A stretch of DNA of 64,000 bases, from positions 99,437,261 to 99,501,260 of the forward strand of contig NC_068983.1 in NCBI RefSeq assembly GCF_001194135.2, in the 5' to 3' direction. The notes under the pieces were generated by a model. The model was not told the DNA's origin. It ran no database searches and saw nothing but the letters and a program-made list of their open reading frames with translations. This document shows positions 26,901-38,206 of the stretch, in pieces. A program made the position numbers and the translations under genes. Each line of letters opens with the position of its first letter. The first letter of the stretch is position 1. The stretch comes from Octopus bimaculoides (taxonomy: Eukaryota).

Positions 26901-27931
26901 ATTGTTCTGAAACCCTCGTATGCTCTGTAAGTAGATGATATTTTAAAACTATTTTAAAAATATTTTAATCACTTAATGAACCTCTGATGAGGGAAATGTG
27001 GCCATTTGTATTGATTGGAAGATTTTCCCAATACAGACACAATTTCCTGAAATGATTGTAAGGATACATATGCTATTATATACCACTGTGTAGGTGCAAT
27101 AACCCAGTGGTTAGGGCAGTGGACTCGCGGTCAGAGGATCGTGGTTTCGATTCCCAGACCGGGCGTTGTATGTGTTTATTGAGCGAAAACACCTAAAAGC
27201 TCCACAAGGCTCCAGCAGGGGATGGTGGCGACTCCTGTTGTACTTTCGCCCCCCAACTTTCTCTCACTCTTTCTTTCTGTTTCTTGAGTAATGCTGTGAT
27301 GGACTGGCATCCCGTACAGCTGGGGGGAACACATATGCCATGGAAACCGGGCCCATGAGCCTGGCTAGGCTTGCAAAGGGCGCATAAAAAAAAAAAAATT
27401 ATGTACAACTGCTCATCTAACTTTAATGTTGACTTGTAATATTGGAACGCTTGACACCTAAAAATTTTGATGAATCTACTTCTGTTTTTTGATACCATAT
27501 ATGAATTTTGATAAAGGAATTTCAGCTATGAAAGTTTATCCTCCACTTTGATTTATTATATTATTTGCTCCTANNNNNNNNNNNNNNNNNNNNNNNNNNN
27601 NNNNNNNNNNNNNNNNNNNNNNNNNNNNNNNNNNNNNNNNNNNNNNNNNNNNNNNNNNNNNNNNNNNNNNNNNNNNNNNNNNNNNNNNNNNNNNNNNNNN
27701 NNNNNNNNNNNNNNNNNNNNNNNNNNNNNNNNNNNNNNNNNNNNNNNNNNNNNNNNNNNNNNNNNNNNNNNNNNNNNNNNNNNNNNNNNNNNNNNNNNNN
27801 NNNNNNNNNNNNNNNNNNNNNNNNNNNNAACATCTTTTCTTCTTATTTTTCCTTATCTCATGTCTCATGTGGAATATTTCTAACATATTCTATGCATATA
27901 CATGTACTTATTATATATATATGTGTGTATG

Positions 27932-27962
<31 letters not shown>

Positions 27963-30900
27963 GTATGTCTGTATCTATGCATGTTGTATATGTGTGTATG
28001 TGTGTGTGTATGCATATATGTGCATCTGTGTGTTTGCATGAATGATTGTGGATTTCCTTCATCTTCACATATCTTTGTTCACTGCTTGTATATGATGGTT
28101 TTTGCTTGCTGTGCTGTTTGCTTGTAGTCCACTGCAAAATCATCTTTGCACTTCTTGATGCGATTTGTCAAGCTACTCAATCTTTCTAAAGAAAAGGCTC
28201 ATTGATACAGTGTCATAAACATGACCAGGTGTTGGTCGTTCAATAGATTAGGAGATTATTACCTCTCCTGAAAGCAAGTGAGTGTTGGCAACAGGAAAGG
28301 CATCCAACTAGGTAAGTTAACTGAAGTTTGGATAAAAACTTTCATCTGAATGTTTGTAGCCTTGCAGCACTCATCTTTATTTTTACATGTTTATGTACAG
28401 GTATGGTAACACACGAAACTCTTATCCTTTGCATCACTCTGTTGCTTCTGCTAAATATTAATAAAATTATGCATGTTTATGTATTTATTTTGTTGGCTCA
28501 GGGAAAAGTATGAGAAGGTCTTTTTTAAAGTGATACTTTGTTTGAAATTCTTTTCAATATTTTTGCAGTAAACAAGACAACGGGCGAGCTGTAGACAATC
28601 TTGGCAGAACATATGCAAGATGGGGAAAAAACAGAGAAGCCATTAAAATGTAAATAGATTGCTTTGTACATAACTATAGCTTTATATGTGTGCACCCTAA
28701 TAACTCATTATACTGTCAGAAATAACAATAACTTTGTAAGCGACTTGTACATTTGTATGTTACTTTGTATTTCTATTGTGTAATCATAAACCATAATACT
28801 TTGATTACATGCAGTATGTCTATAATAGTCTAACCTATGAGTTTACCCAGTTAACTACCAGATACAAAAAATTGCTCTGAACCTGAATATAAACATATGT
28901 AACACTACATGTTGGGTAATTTTCTTTACTTCATTCTATAAAGAAGAGGTTGGTTCCAGATTAAAAATGAAATATCCAACATTGCAATTTAGATTTTACT
29001 TATACTCAGGCTTTGAAAAACCTCATATTCTTTTATTCTTTTACTTGTTTCAGTCATTTGACTGCAGCCATGCTGGAGCACTACCTTGAAAGATTTTTAG
29101 TCAATGAAATCGACCCCAGTATTTATTATTTGTAAGCGTAGTACTTATTCTATTGGTCTCTTTTGCCAAACAGCTAAGTTACAGGGACATAAACACACCA
29201 ACATCGGTTGTCAAGCGATAGCAGAGAGACAAACACAGACACACACACATAAATATATACATATATATGTGTGTGTGTGTGTGATGGGCTTCTTTCAGTT
29301 TCTGTCTACCAAATTCATTCACAAGGTTTTGACCGGCCCAAGGCTATAGAAGAAGACACTTGCCTAAGGTGCCATACAGTAGGACTGAACCGGGAACCAT
29401 GTAGTTCAGAAGCAAGCTTCTTTATCACACAACTATACTTGCGCCTGTCACACCCGCGCCAGCATATGAGGGTTTTTCAGAATGTCTCTTAAAATCAGGG
29501 AAGGTCTCAGACATGTAGGCATCAAAATGGTTAATCAACCAAGTATTTCACTGGTGCTTATTTTATCCAACCCAAAAGAATGAAATGTTAGTTGATCTTG
29601 CTGGGATTTGAATTTTAGAAGTTAAATGGATGTAACTAATTATTACAAAATATTTCTCTAGCATCATTCTGTTACCCGCTGCTTGATGTTATTTGTTGGC
29701 ACTCCGTCGCTTACGACGTCGAGGGTTCTAATTGATCTGATCAAGGAAATTAACGTGCAAGTGGCTGTGCACTCCACAGACACGGGTATCCTTAACGTAG
29801 TTCTCGGGGATATTCAGCGTGACACAGTGTGACAAGGCTGACCCTTTGAATTACAGGCACAACAGAAAGTAAGAGTGAGAGAAAGTTGTGGTGAAAGAGT
29901 ACAGCAGGGTTTGCCACCATCCCCTGCCAGAGCCTCGTGGAGCTTTAGGTGTTTTCGCTCAATAAATACTCACAACGCCCGGTCTGGGAATCGAAACCGC
30001 GATCCTATGACCGCGAGTCCGCTGCCCTAACCACTGGGCCATTGCGCCTTCACTTGATGTTAAACACTACCTAAAAATAATAACAGAAGTCCATAATGTA
30101 GATTATAATGTCTTGAGGGAAAGGTATAGCTGGTACAATATCATAAATACTTTCTTTCATTTTGTAAATGACAGTTGGGAGACCAAACTTAATTCTGACT
30201 TGAAAGGTGTTGAAAAAACATGGCTGTATCATGAAATTGGGCATTGTTATTTGGAACTAAAAGACTATGTGGAAGCACTCAACTATGGCCAGATGTCACT
30301 GGCTGTTGCTGAAGAAATTGAAGATGAAGACTGGGAAATGAATGCTGCTCTACTTTGTGCTCAAAGTTTCGGTATGAATATAAACATATTTTAGCATGAA
30401 CACACACATGCGCATGCATGCACGCACACATGTATGTGTGTGAGTGTGTATGTGTATCATTATCATCATCATCATTTTTTTAATATCCATTTTTCCATGC
30501 TCATAAGGGTTAAACAAAATTTGTACTCATCTGGCTCCAAGCCAGGTATTATTGCTTCATAGCTAGACATGTCTTTATGGAAGATTGGAAACAAAGTAAA
30601 CTGCCTGTGTCACATGTTTATAAATGTGATGTCAACACAAGCATTAACGCACACACACACACACACACATATGTGTGTATGTCCATCATAAGTCAAGAAC
30701 TGGTATAAAATGATAATGGTGGTTGTTGTCATTATTGTTGTCAATGTTTTGGTAGTGGTTGTAATAGTGTATATGACATTGGTAATAATAATGTGTGTTT
30801 CAAATAATATGTGTGTANNNNNNNNNNNNNNNNNNNNNNNNNNNNNNNNNNNNNNNNNNNNNNNNNNNNNNNNNNNNNNNNNNNNNNNNNNNNNNNNNNN

Positions 30901-32400
30901 NNNNNNNNNNNNNNNNNACAAATGCACGTATGTACATACATACATATCCTTATAAAAAGCAAAGTTTGTTTGTTTGTTGACCACTGAAAACACTAAATAA
31001 AACTGGTAATATTTCAGGTTTTACATGTCATTTAAATTAAGTTCACCATTCCGCAAATAACTGTGCACTTATTTTCTGAAAATGGAATGGTGGGTGTCGA
31101 GTTGGTGGTGTATTGGCTCCTATTTCTAGCAATCCATGTACTGTCTATTTCACTGTAATGCTTTTTACAGAGTGAAAAAATACTCCACCTATCACTCAAT
31201 CCACCTCCAGCTTTCTCTAAGTTTATACATTGCATTTATTCCTTTGAAGTTGCCGCTGGAACTCTGCATCCCTCTCTATGTCTCTATCTCTCTCTCTCTC
31301 TCTCTGGTTGCATATGTGTGTCTCTCTCACTACCTTTACCACTTTTTCCCTCTAGAGAAAAAATATGTGAAACAGATAGAAAGTGGGTTAGGGAGAAAAA
31401 ACACGTGAGATCGCTAATACCAACAAGTGTCCCCTTTCATTTCAAACGATTGTAATTTCGAGTGAGAGTCAGTTACACAATCATCATTAACAAGGTCAAA
31501 TACTGCAAGTTGTTGGTCTCCATCTAGAAGAGGGCTGTTTCTCACATGGGCAATTGTATGTAGATTGTTCCAGAGTAGGAAGCCCACAGAAACCCTTCAT
31601 ATATACTCCAAATAAATAAGTTAAAATCACTGAAGTTCTGTAAATGTTTTATAACTTTCATGCAATACATTTCTCTATTATTATCTATATTACTTTTTGT
31701 ATTTAGATATTCTAAATAGATTTTTAAAATTATGTTATGCAATACTTGAATACCTTTTAATGACTTTTATCTTAAGGAAAATGAGCATTACGATAAATGC
31801 AAATGTGTGCCTTATGAGTACATTTCAATACTGTACACAGCGGGCTGAAGACCTGCTAGTATATATATATATATAACATATATACATGCATATATATATG
31901 CACGTAGGAAAGAGAATCGGAGAAATTGTAAACCAAATCCCTTTTTTCACTATCATCATTTTTCCTTTGTTTTTTCCCCTCTTAAACTTTGTATGACCGA
32001 AACTTTGATGATATTCATTTCTTGTTGAACACTACTAACACTAATGAGCTTTGTACATTCAAACAAATTGATGCACAGTTTTAATATTATTGAGTATTAT
32101 GAACATTTAAATTTGTCAACATCGAAATTTTTAAACATGTTTTTCTAATTCATAATTTTAAATTTGTCTGTTATGAACATTTAAATTTGTCAACATTGAA
32201 ACTTTTGAAGATGTTTTTCTAATTCATAATTCTAAATTTTTACCATTGATAAGCAAAAAATATTGTTGAAACTAGTTTGGTATATATGTAAATAAATTTA
32301 TTTTAAACAATTACAATTTTTTCAAATTTAGGTGCATTTTCAACAACAAAATTACCTATATTTTTTCCTGCGTGGAAATACACCCCCTCTTTTGTTTTAT

Positions 32401-32431
<31 letters not shown>

Positions 32432-32439
32432 CATATACA

Positions 32440-32492
<53 letters not shown>

Positions 32493-35400
32493 ATTTCAGC
32501 ATGTGATAAAAAAGTAAGCAGTGCTGTACAACATTACCAGAAAGTTATTAACATTGCACAGAAACAAGGCAGAGTTGAAGTTGAAGGCAGAATCAGGAAA
32601 GTGATGCAAGAATTGGAGTTCAGTGAATCTGAAGGAGAAGAAAAACTTCAAAAAACTTCTAATGGTGAGAATGAGCAGAATCATGAAGAAAAACCAAGCT
32701 CTGACAATGGTAAGTCAAGTATCTTTGCTGTATATTGCTAAAAGAGTTAATACACTGTAGAGTTTTGTTCTGTTATTACACTATGTAACAAAATTTTTTT
32801 TGTTTTTGGTCAGTAAGTATTATTTCCTATTTGCTTCTATCTAGAAATCAAAGGAAATGACTACTATTCCCTTCAAACTTTGCTTTTGTGACCTGGACAT
32901 CAATGTTTTGAAACTGACCTATTTTCCATTACATTTCAGACAGATTCAACCTTGAGTTGCTGAAGCAGAAATATTGTTCTAGCAAATATTCTGCTCAATA
33001 TCACAGATTTGCTTGACCTTAACCACTTGAACATGTCCTTTATTGGCAAACAATATGTGCATATCTGATCATAATCATTGCTATGTGTTGAAAGGGATTC
33101 TTTGGAGTTTGAATAAATGTAAGAAAAGCAAAGTTTGAAGGAAATATTAGCCATTTTTAATACTTTGCAGGGGTAAGCAAATAGGAAATAACAGTTTCTA
33201 CACAAGAACAAAAATTGTGTTACAGTGTTATTTATCATATATTACAACTATTTTTGAATGCAAAAACTCCAGAATATCAGCAAAGCTAAATGAAATAAAC
33301 TGTTATGATGGAATTTGTGTATGTATGCATGTTTATATTTATCTGCCTATTTTCCTGTTTGTCTATGTATTCATATGTATATTTATGTGTGTTTATGGAT
33401 GTGTGTGTGCATGCATGTATGTGCATCTATGTGTTATTCTCATCATCATCATCATTTTAATACCCACTTTTCCATGCTTGCATGTGTCAGACGAAATTTA
33501 TTGATGCAGATTTTCTATGGCTTTATGCCGTTCCTTTCTATATAAGCTTTTTTTTTTTACCCATTCCAATGAAATAAAATTCTTTAAGCTGCTGGTAGTT
33601 GTAAATAGCACTATTTTGTCCTCTCTAGAACTCATCGGTATGACATAACTTGAAACTTGAGATTATGTTGAATACCTTAATTTTCTTCTGCTTAAGTTAA
33701 ATTCATTTTCTTCTGTTTCTTCTAGCTGTAGAAAAAGGAGATAGAGAGAGGGAAAGTTCTTATATGCTGGTCAAATACCTCAAGTGCAGATTTACCTTGT
33801 GTAAAAGTTCTTGTAGAGAGAGACTTAAAATTAATTAAGCTTAATTCCTTTTTCTTACTTTTTTCTCCTAACAGTAAAGAAAAAAGATAGAGAGAAACTT
33901 CTAACATGCTGGTAATATATATTCATTGCAGGTTTGCCTTGTGTAAAAGTTCTTTGTGTAGATACAATTTTCTTTACAAACAAATGCACAAGCTCCCATA
34001 CGTTCTTCCTAGGTGCAAAATTGAAATTGAAATTTCTGGTGGCATTTTCGTATCATGTTATCCAACAGGATGATTTAAGATTGCACTTCACTATCAGTTT
34101 GTGTGGATAATGTGTAAAATATGACCAGGGTATTACAAACATGTGGATGACTGCTGCCGATATTGAAAAGGAGAGAATTGCTTCTAGTAAGCTTAGAGCA
34201 TGTTAAGGAATTTATAATTAAATTAAACAGTGAAGAGCACAGATATCTTTCTATGTAATTGCCTCTTAATACCTGGTGCAATCCACCTCTCTCAATACTA
34301 TACTCCACTGAATCAAGGGGTCTTGTTTTGCCAACTATTTGGTGATCCTACTCATGCTGGTGCTACAAAAAAGCTCTTGGTACACTCTCTAAAGTGGTTG
34401 GTGTTAGGAACGATATTCAGTTATAGAAACCTTACCAAAACAGATATTGGTGCTCAACACAGTTCTTTGATGTGTCAGATTCTATCAAATCAGCCAGTCT
34501 GTACCAACATGGAATATGGAAGCTAAATGATTACAGCTTGAATTCTATGAGGTATGGACTTGTACAAAGTTTCAATTGTTTCCAAAGGAATTATTGTCAA
34601 TTCTTCAGCTACAACAGTCTCCAGTTCTGGTAGTGATGATGATGGAGGATATCAGCTCCTTACTTGTTTTTCTAAAATGCACCATAAATGTTCAATAATA
34701 TTGAGATCTGGGGACTGTGGTGGCCAGATAAGATGTTCAACTTCACTAGAATGCACCAGAAATGTTCAATAATATTGAGATCTGGGGACTGTGGTGGCCA
34801 GATAAGATGTTCAACTTCACTAGAATGTTCCTTGTGCCATTCAATAACAACTTTAGCTGTGTGAATTGGTGCATTATCATCCTGAAAGATTGCGTTTCCC
34901 TCTGGAAACAGTTTCGCAACCATAAGATGAATTTGATCAGATAAAATGCTTAAATAGTCTTGACTATTAATTCTTCTATGAAGGGAAACCATTGGGCCAG
35001 CAGATTTCCAAGATATACCCCCCACCACAAGATCATCACAAATCCTTCTCCATGTTTAACAGTTGGAAGAAGGCAGTCTGGGTTAAATGCTGTCTCCACA
35101 CATATACTTGGCTGGTAGTCAGAAATAGGGTAAAGGATGACTCGTCCAAGAAAATAACATTCTTTCACTGCTCTAGGGACTAATTCTGTAGGTTTTTACT
35201 CCACTCTAAATGCTTTGCAATATTTGTTTTTGAAAGTAGTGGTTTTCTGATTGCAGCCCTCCCGTGAAATCCAGCTTTGTGCAGCTCCCAGCGAACAGTT
35301 TTTGTGGAAACTGGGTTCTGAAGATGGTCATTAAGCTCTGCAGTAATTTTGGAAGCTGTACTTTTGTGATCCTTTCTAACAATTTGCGTAAGAGTCCGAC

Positions 35401-37346
35401 GGTCCCTATCTGAAAATTTTGTTTTTCTTCTGGAGTTTTGTTTCAATGAGGAGGTTTTTCCCTCTTTCTCAAAGGCTGTCATCAGTTCCAAGACAGTACT
35501 TCTTGATACACCAAACATTTCGGCTGTTTTTGTTACACTAGCGCCTGCCATATGAGCACCAACAATTTGACCTCTTTGAAAGTCCGATGGATCTGTCATT
35601 TTAATTACCTTTTTCTGATGATATCTGAAAAGAAACAGCAAAATGTATTGAGCAACACTAATAATAAATCCCAAAACATAAAAATAAACAAACTTTTGAC
35701 AGTTTTATAGATATTTCAAAATTATGATGCTATGATGCTAGGTGTTTCCATTATTTTGTCCAACCCATTTATATATATATATATATACATGTATGCATAT
35801 ATGCATCTGTAACACATACTATATTTAGTTTTGTTTATATTATTAGGAGACTATGAAGATGAGTTTGAGGAACCAAGTTCTGAAAATGGTAATGGTAAAG
35901 AACATAATGAAACAGGTATGTTAGTGTGTTTGAATGTTTATATGTAAATGCATGCATGTATTCCTTTGTGTGTGTGTATCTTTGGATATATGTTTCTGTA
36001 TTAATATGTCTGAGTATGTGTATGCCTCTGTGCATGTGTGTGTGCATGGATATGTTTTTTTTTTTACAATTTTTATCTACCAATGTCTCTCACACAACAT
36101 TGGTTAGGCTAAGTGTATAGTAGAAGACACTCACTCAAGATGACATGTGATTCAACCCAAAACTGTATGATTGTGGAGCACAACCATTTTTGTGCCTAAA
36201 ATAGAAACTATTAGCCCAAGAATATTTGTTATATATGTAATCTAAGAAAGTGTGGATGGCTAAATAAATGCAGTATTAAATCAGTTATGTATGATATCAA
36301 CACAGCAGCCAGGATACCAAATCTGAAATGGTCTTGACTACTTAGCGGAAAATATCTATTACAGTATAAGAACAATCTGTCAAAAATTGATTAAAGGTAT
36401 GACTATGGGGTAAGAATTTTGCTTCTAAATCACATGGTCCCAGGTTCAGTCCTACTGCATGACACTTTGGGCAAGTGTCTTCCACCCACTACAGCCTTGA
36501 GCCAACCAAAACCTGAAAGGAGCCTGTCATATATGTGTGTGTGTATTTGTCTCCTCACCACCACTTCGCAAACAGTGTCAGTGTGTTTAGATCCCCATAA
36601 GTTAACAGTTTGACAAAAGAGACTGTTAGAATAAGTACCAGGCTTTACAAAAAGATTTTAATTCCTGGGGGAGGGTCAATTTTTTTCGAATAAAATTCTT
36701 CAAGGTAGTGCCCTAGCATGGCTGCAATCTAATAACTGAAAGAATTAAAAGATAGAAGTTAATCATCAAAATCTTAACTCATTTAACTTAAAATAAAATA
36801 GTCTCTCTTTGAAACAAAAGAATCAAATGTAAATTTGAAATAAAAGAACCATTGTAATAACACTGCCTAGAAACAATGCGAACAAAGAAATTACCTCCAG
36901 TATCTACTCCAAAATGCACAAGCACAACTAACAGGTCATGTGATTTGATGTCTTCAATGAAAATAAAATCTGAAACATTGTTTAGTACTTTGTAGCAGTG
37001 TCATATTTATCATTCGTATTGTTTTTACCTGAAAGATTTGCATTGAGCAAGAAACTGTGAGAAGTGACAGCGTCAACTTCAAATATATATATATATATAT
37101 GTATATCTCCATCTTTCTTCCTGTCTGTCTGTCTATATACATACGTATGTGCATGTGTTCACACACACACACAAACACACTCTCTCTCTCTCCATTTCAT
37201 ACAGTATGTATATAAATCTTTATCATATTATTCAAAGAGTTCTTATATTTCTTTTTCCACTCTGATTTGTAGATGATTACAACACTGAAGAATCTGAAGC
37301 AGGAACTCCCACTAACAATGATGGCACTAATAAAGGTCTGTTATAG
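4939..37346 (+). CDS. TTC25: Tetratricopeptide repeat protein 25 / outer dynein arm docking complex subunit 4 (spliced gene)
   Basis: join(4939-5100,6246-6377,9465-9618,[missing exon],17147-17315,21600-21803,23458-23665,28569-28649,30175-30371,32500-32709,35847-35915,37273-37346). All introns are GT-AG with matching phases except after exon 3. Motifs [86 protein letters not shown] and [16 protein letters not shown] match TTC25 as I recall it. Confidence 0.93.
6246..6377 (+). CDS. TTC25: TTC25 exon 2
   Basis: ttcag|[44 protein letters not shown]|gtaagt. Confidence 0.92.
6489..7310 (+). mobile_element. Decayed mariner-type transposon
   Basis: Disrupted frames resemble mariner transposase ([31 protein letters not shown]); begins with a cgaggg TIR-like sequence. 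Confidence 0.6.
7322..7402. repeat. Perfect 19-bp tandem repeat, 4 copies plus partial
   Basis: catatcgcccttgaaggtc at 7322, 7341, 7360 and 7379. Confidence 0.95.
9290..9352 (-). mobile_element. Truncated PLE family E remnant carrying the 3' half of a hammerhead
   Basis: Reverse complement reads cttGAAACACGTGTAccgtggaatcctttgt, matching 11711-11740; the 5' half is replaced by (TA)n. Confidence 0.55.
9465..9618 (+). CDS. TTC25: TTC25 exon 3
   Basis: ttgcag|[25 protein letters not shown]...AINNSIG a|gtatgt; ends in phase 1. Confidence 0.95.
11030..11420 (+). mobile_element. Abundant SINE family S2 (tRNA-like head, V-SINE-like core)
   Basis: Head ggctgtgtg..ggttcagtcccactg, core ..gagtaagtgtcta, tail gactgaaacaagtaaa; more than 12 related copies in the window. 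Confidence 0.8.
11646..11731 (+). ncRNA. Minimal type I hammerhead ribozyme fold (family E), sense strand in TTC25 intron 3
   Basis: Stem I tttgcgg (11646-52)/ccgcaaa (11725-31), 7/7 pairs. CTGAAGA at 11653-59; stem II agctttata/tataaatct; GAAA at 11713-16; palindromic stem III ACACGTGT; cleavage triplet GTA at 11722-24. Confidence 0.8.
12357..12695 (-). mobile_element. SINE family S2, well-preserved copy
   Basis: Reverse complement of the S2 pattern with CpGs retained. Confidence 0.85.
14355..15330 (-). mobile_element. Degenerate Tx1/L1-like LINE 3' end, same family as 1-1097
   Basis: Frameshifted peptides [24 protein letters not shown] and [14 protein letters not shown]...[16 protein letters not shown]. 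Confidence 0.85.
15345..16115 (+). mobile_element. R4/Dong-like non-LTR retrotransposon RT fragment
   Basis: [54 protein letters not shown], with stops. Confidence 0.75.
16320..16740 (+). mobile_element. RTE/BovB-like LINE 3' fragment
   Basis: [36 protein letters not shown]; a related fragment lies on the - strand at about 17360-17680. Confidence 0.7.
17147..17315 (+). CDS. TTC25: TTC25 exon (fifth if one exon is missing)
   Basis: cttcag|KNKKPHREG...[21 protein letters not shown] a|gtaagt; phase 0 to 1. Confidence 0.9.
18770..21545 (-). mobile_element. Near full-length but heavily decayed RTE-BovB-like LINE (APE plus RT)
   Basis: Fragments WNVR.., [63 protein letters not shown] and [10 protein letters not shown]; many stops and frameshifts. 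Confidence 0.88.
21600..21803 (+). CDS. TTC25: TTC25 exon
   Basis: ttttag|..[30 protein letters not shown] c|gtaaga; phase 1 to 1. Confidence 0.93.
22291..23373 (+). mobile_element. Mariner transposon with intact TIRs and inactivated transposase
   Basis: 26-bp perfect TIR atcaggtcatcccataagttctgtcc at 22291-22316 and 23348-23373. ORF 22508-22924 has WVPREL and TGDEK then a stop; downstream [13 protein letters not shown]. Confidence 0.92.
23458..23665 (+). CDS. TTC25: TTC25 exon
   Basis: ttgcag|..[30 protein letters not shown] aa|gtaaga; phase 1 to 2. Confidence 0.93.
24432..24660 (+). mobile_element. RTE-type LINE 3' tail ending in (gat)n
   Basis: Matches 25560-25770 (ttaggaagggcatccagctgtagaaac..gcggacgttaaa gatgatgat). 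Confidence 0.7.
24835..24925 (-). ncRNA. Hammerhead ribozyme fold (family D) in the sense pseudo-LTR
   Basis: Reverse complement reads gtacct CTGATGA gggaaa..[long arm]..tttcct GAAA T gatc GTA agg; GUA triplet at 24842-44. Confidence 0.7.
25951..26424 (-). pseudogene. GIY-YIG endonuclease of a Penelope-like element
   Basis: [39 protein letters not shown]; an in-frame stop lies just upstream and there is no RT in the window. Confidence 0.85.
26977..27067 (+). ncRNA. Hammerhead ribozyme fold (family D), sense to the TTC25 intron
   Basis: cct CTGATGA (26984-90) gggaaatgtg..cacaatttcct GAAA (27049-52) T gatt GTA (27058-60) agg. Confidence 0.65.
27089..27405 (+). mobile_element. SINE with S1 head and a different 3' tail ending in poly(A)
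   Basis: Head matches 3677-3870, then diverges to cttgagtaatgc..gggcgcataaaaa; interrupts the PLE arm, with ccactg/caactg flanks. Confidence 0.8.
28569..28649 (+). CDS. TTC25: TTC25 exon
   Basis: ttgcag|t [26 protein letters not shown] at|gtaaat; phase 2 to 2. Confidence 0.92.
29692..30052 (-). mobile_element. SINE family S1 with 10-bp target-site duplication
   Basis: cttgatgtta at 29682-29691 and 30053-30062. Confidence 0.9.
30175..30371 (+). CDS. TTC25: TTC25 exon
   Basis: gacag|t [34 protein letters not shown] g|gtatga; phase 2 to 1. Confidence 0.95.
32500..32709 (+). CDS. TTC25: TTC25 exon (last TPR region plus start of acidic tail)
   Basis: tttcag|ca [27 protein letters not shown] g|gtaagt; phase 1 to 1. 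Confidence 0.85.
34527..35766 (-). mobile_element. Tc1-like transposon copy 1, truncated at one end
   Basis: HTH ORF 35180-35674; DDE pieces FQDDNAPIH and [15 protein letters not shown]; TIR ggtgtttccattattttgtccaaccc; internal duplication with 74-bp period (34686 and 34760). Confidence 0.9.
35847..35915 (+). CDS. TTC25: TTC25 small acidic exon
   Basis: tattag|(G)[22 protein letters not shown] g|gtatgt; 69 nt, phase 1 to 1. Confidence 0.7.
37273..37346 (+). CDS. TTC25: TTC25 small acidic exon, terminal or penultimate
   Basis: ttgtag|(D)[23 protein letters not shown] with TAG at 37344-46. Alternatively a donor at 37336 splices to tgtag|ACTCCTAA at 40496. Confidence 0.6.
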
Positions 37347-37619
37347 AATGTCATGGTTAAAACATCTTTTGCTTCTTATCTTAACCCTTTGCCTGCCCAA
37401 AGCATTTTAATAAGTTTGTCTGAAACATCCATGCTTGTTTTTAAGCATTTAGTTAGCCCCTATTTCATATGTACTGAGTAATATATATCTTTCTTTTCTT
37501 AAGTCTACAGTTACTCTGGGGTTGAAAAACATTTAGAGTGTGTATCATGTGAGTGTGGATGCCAAGGAAATTTGTCCAGTGTATCACATGTAATACACAG
37601 GACAAAAAAATAAACAGAA

Positions 37620-37945
37620 GAAATCTGGCACTCTATTGCTTACGATGACAAGGGTTCCAGTTGATCTGATTACCAGAACGGCCTGCTTGTAAAATTAACA
37701 TGCATGGCGCTGAGCACTCCACAGACACGTGTCCTTAACATAGTCCTCAGGGATTCAGCGTGACACAGAGTATGATAAGGCTTGCCCTTTGAAATACAGG
37801 TACTACTCATTTTTGCCAGCCAAGTAGACTGGTGCAAAGTGAAATAAAGTGTCTTGCTCAAGGACACAGTGCATTGCCAGGAATTGAACTCATGACCGTA
37901 AGAGCATGAGCTGAATACCCTGACCACTAAGCCACATGCTTTCGC
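37620..37945 (-). mobile_element. SINE with S1-type 3' tail but a different (V-SINE-like) head
   Basis: Reverse complement head gcatgtggcttagtgg..gagttcaattcc..gtgtccttgagcaagacact joined to the ..gtggagtgctcagc..ctggaaccct tail. Confidence 0.7.
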
Positions 37946-38206
37946 ATTCACAAAACAGGCAAATAGTTAATTGTACTCTGCTATATTGTTTAATATGTGG
38001 ATCATTATGTATGCTTAAATATTTTAGTCACGGCTAAGTGCAGGCATGGGTCTATGATTAAGAAGTTTACTTCCTAACTGCAGATTTGTGTACAGTCCCA
38101 CAGCATAGCATCCTGGACAAGTGTCTTCTTCTCTAGTACAAAGCCAATCAAAGCCTTGTGAATGGATTTGGTCAATGGATAGTGAAAGAAGCCCATCATA
38201 TATGTA

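Larger units (their letters stand above)
24663..27557 (-). mobile_element. 5'-truncated Penelope-like (Neptune-type) element with inverted pseudo-LTRs
   Basis: Inverted arms 24663-25338 and 26594-27557 enclose a GIY-YIG ORF. An RTE tail is inserted at about 25340-25770 and a SINE at about 27089-27405. Confidence 0.85.

Noticed and set aside
33700-33965. Local duplicated unit with AG...GT boundaries that looks like twin micro-exons
   Set aside because: Lengths of 44/38 and 37 nt break the TTC25 frame or introduce TAA.
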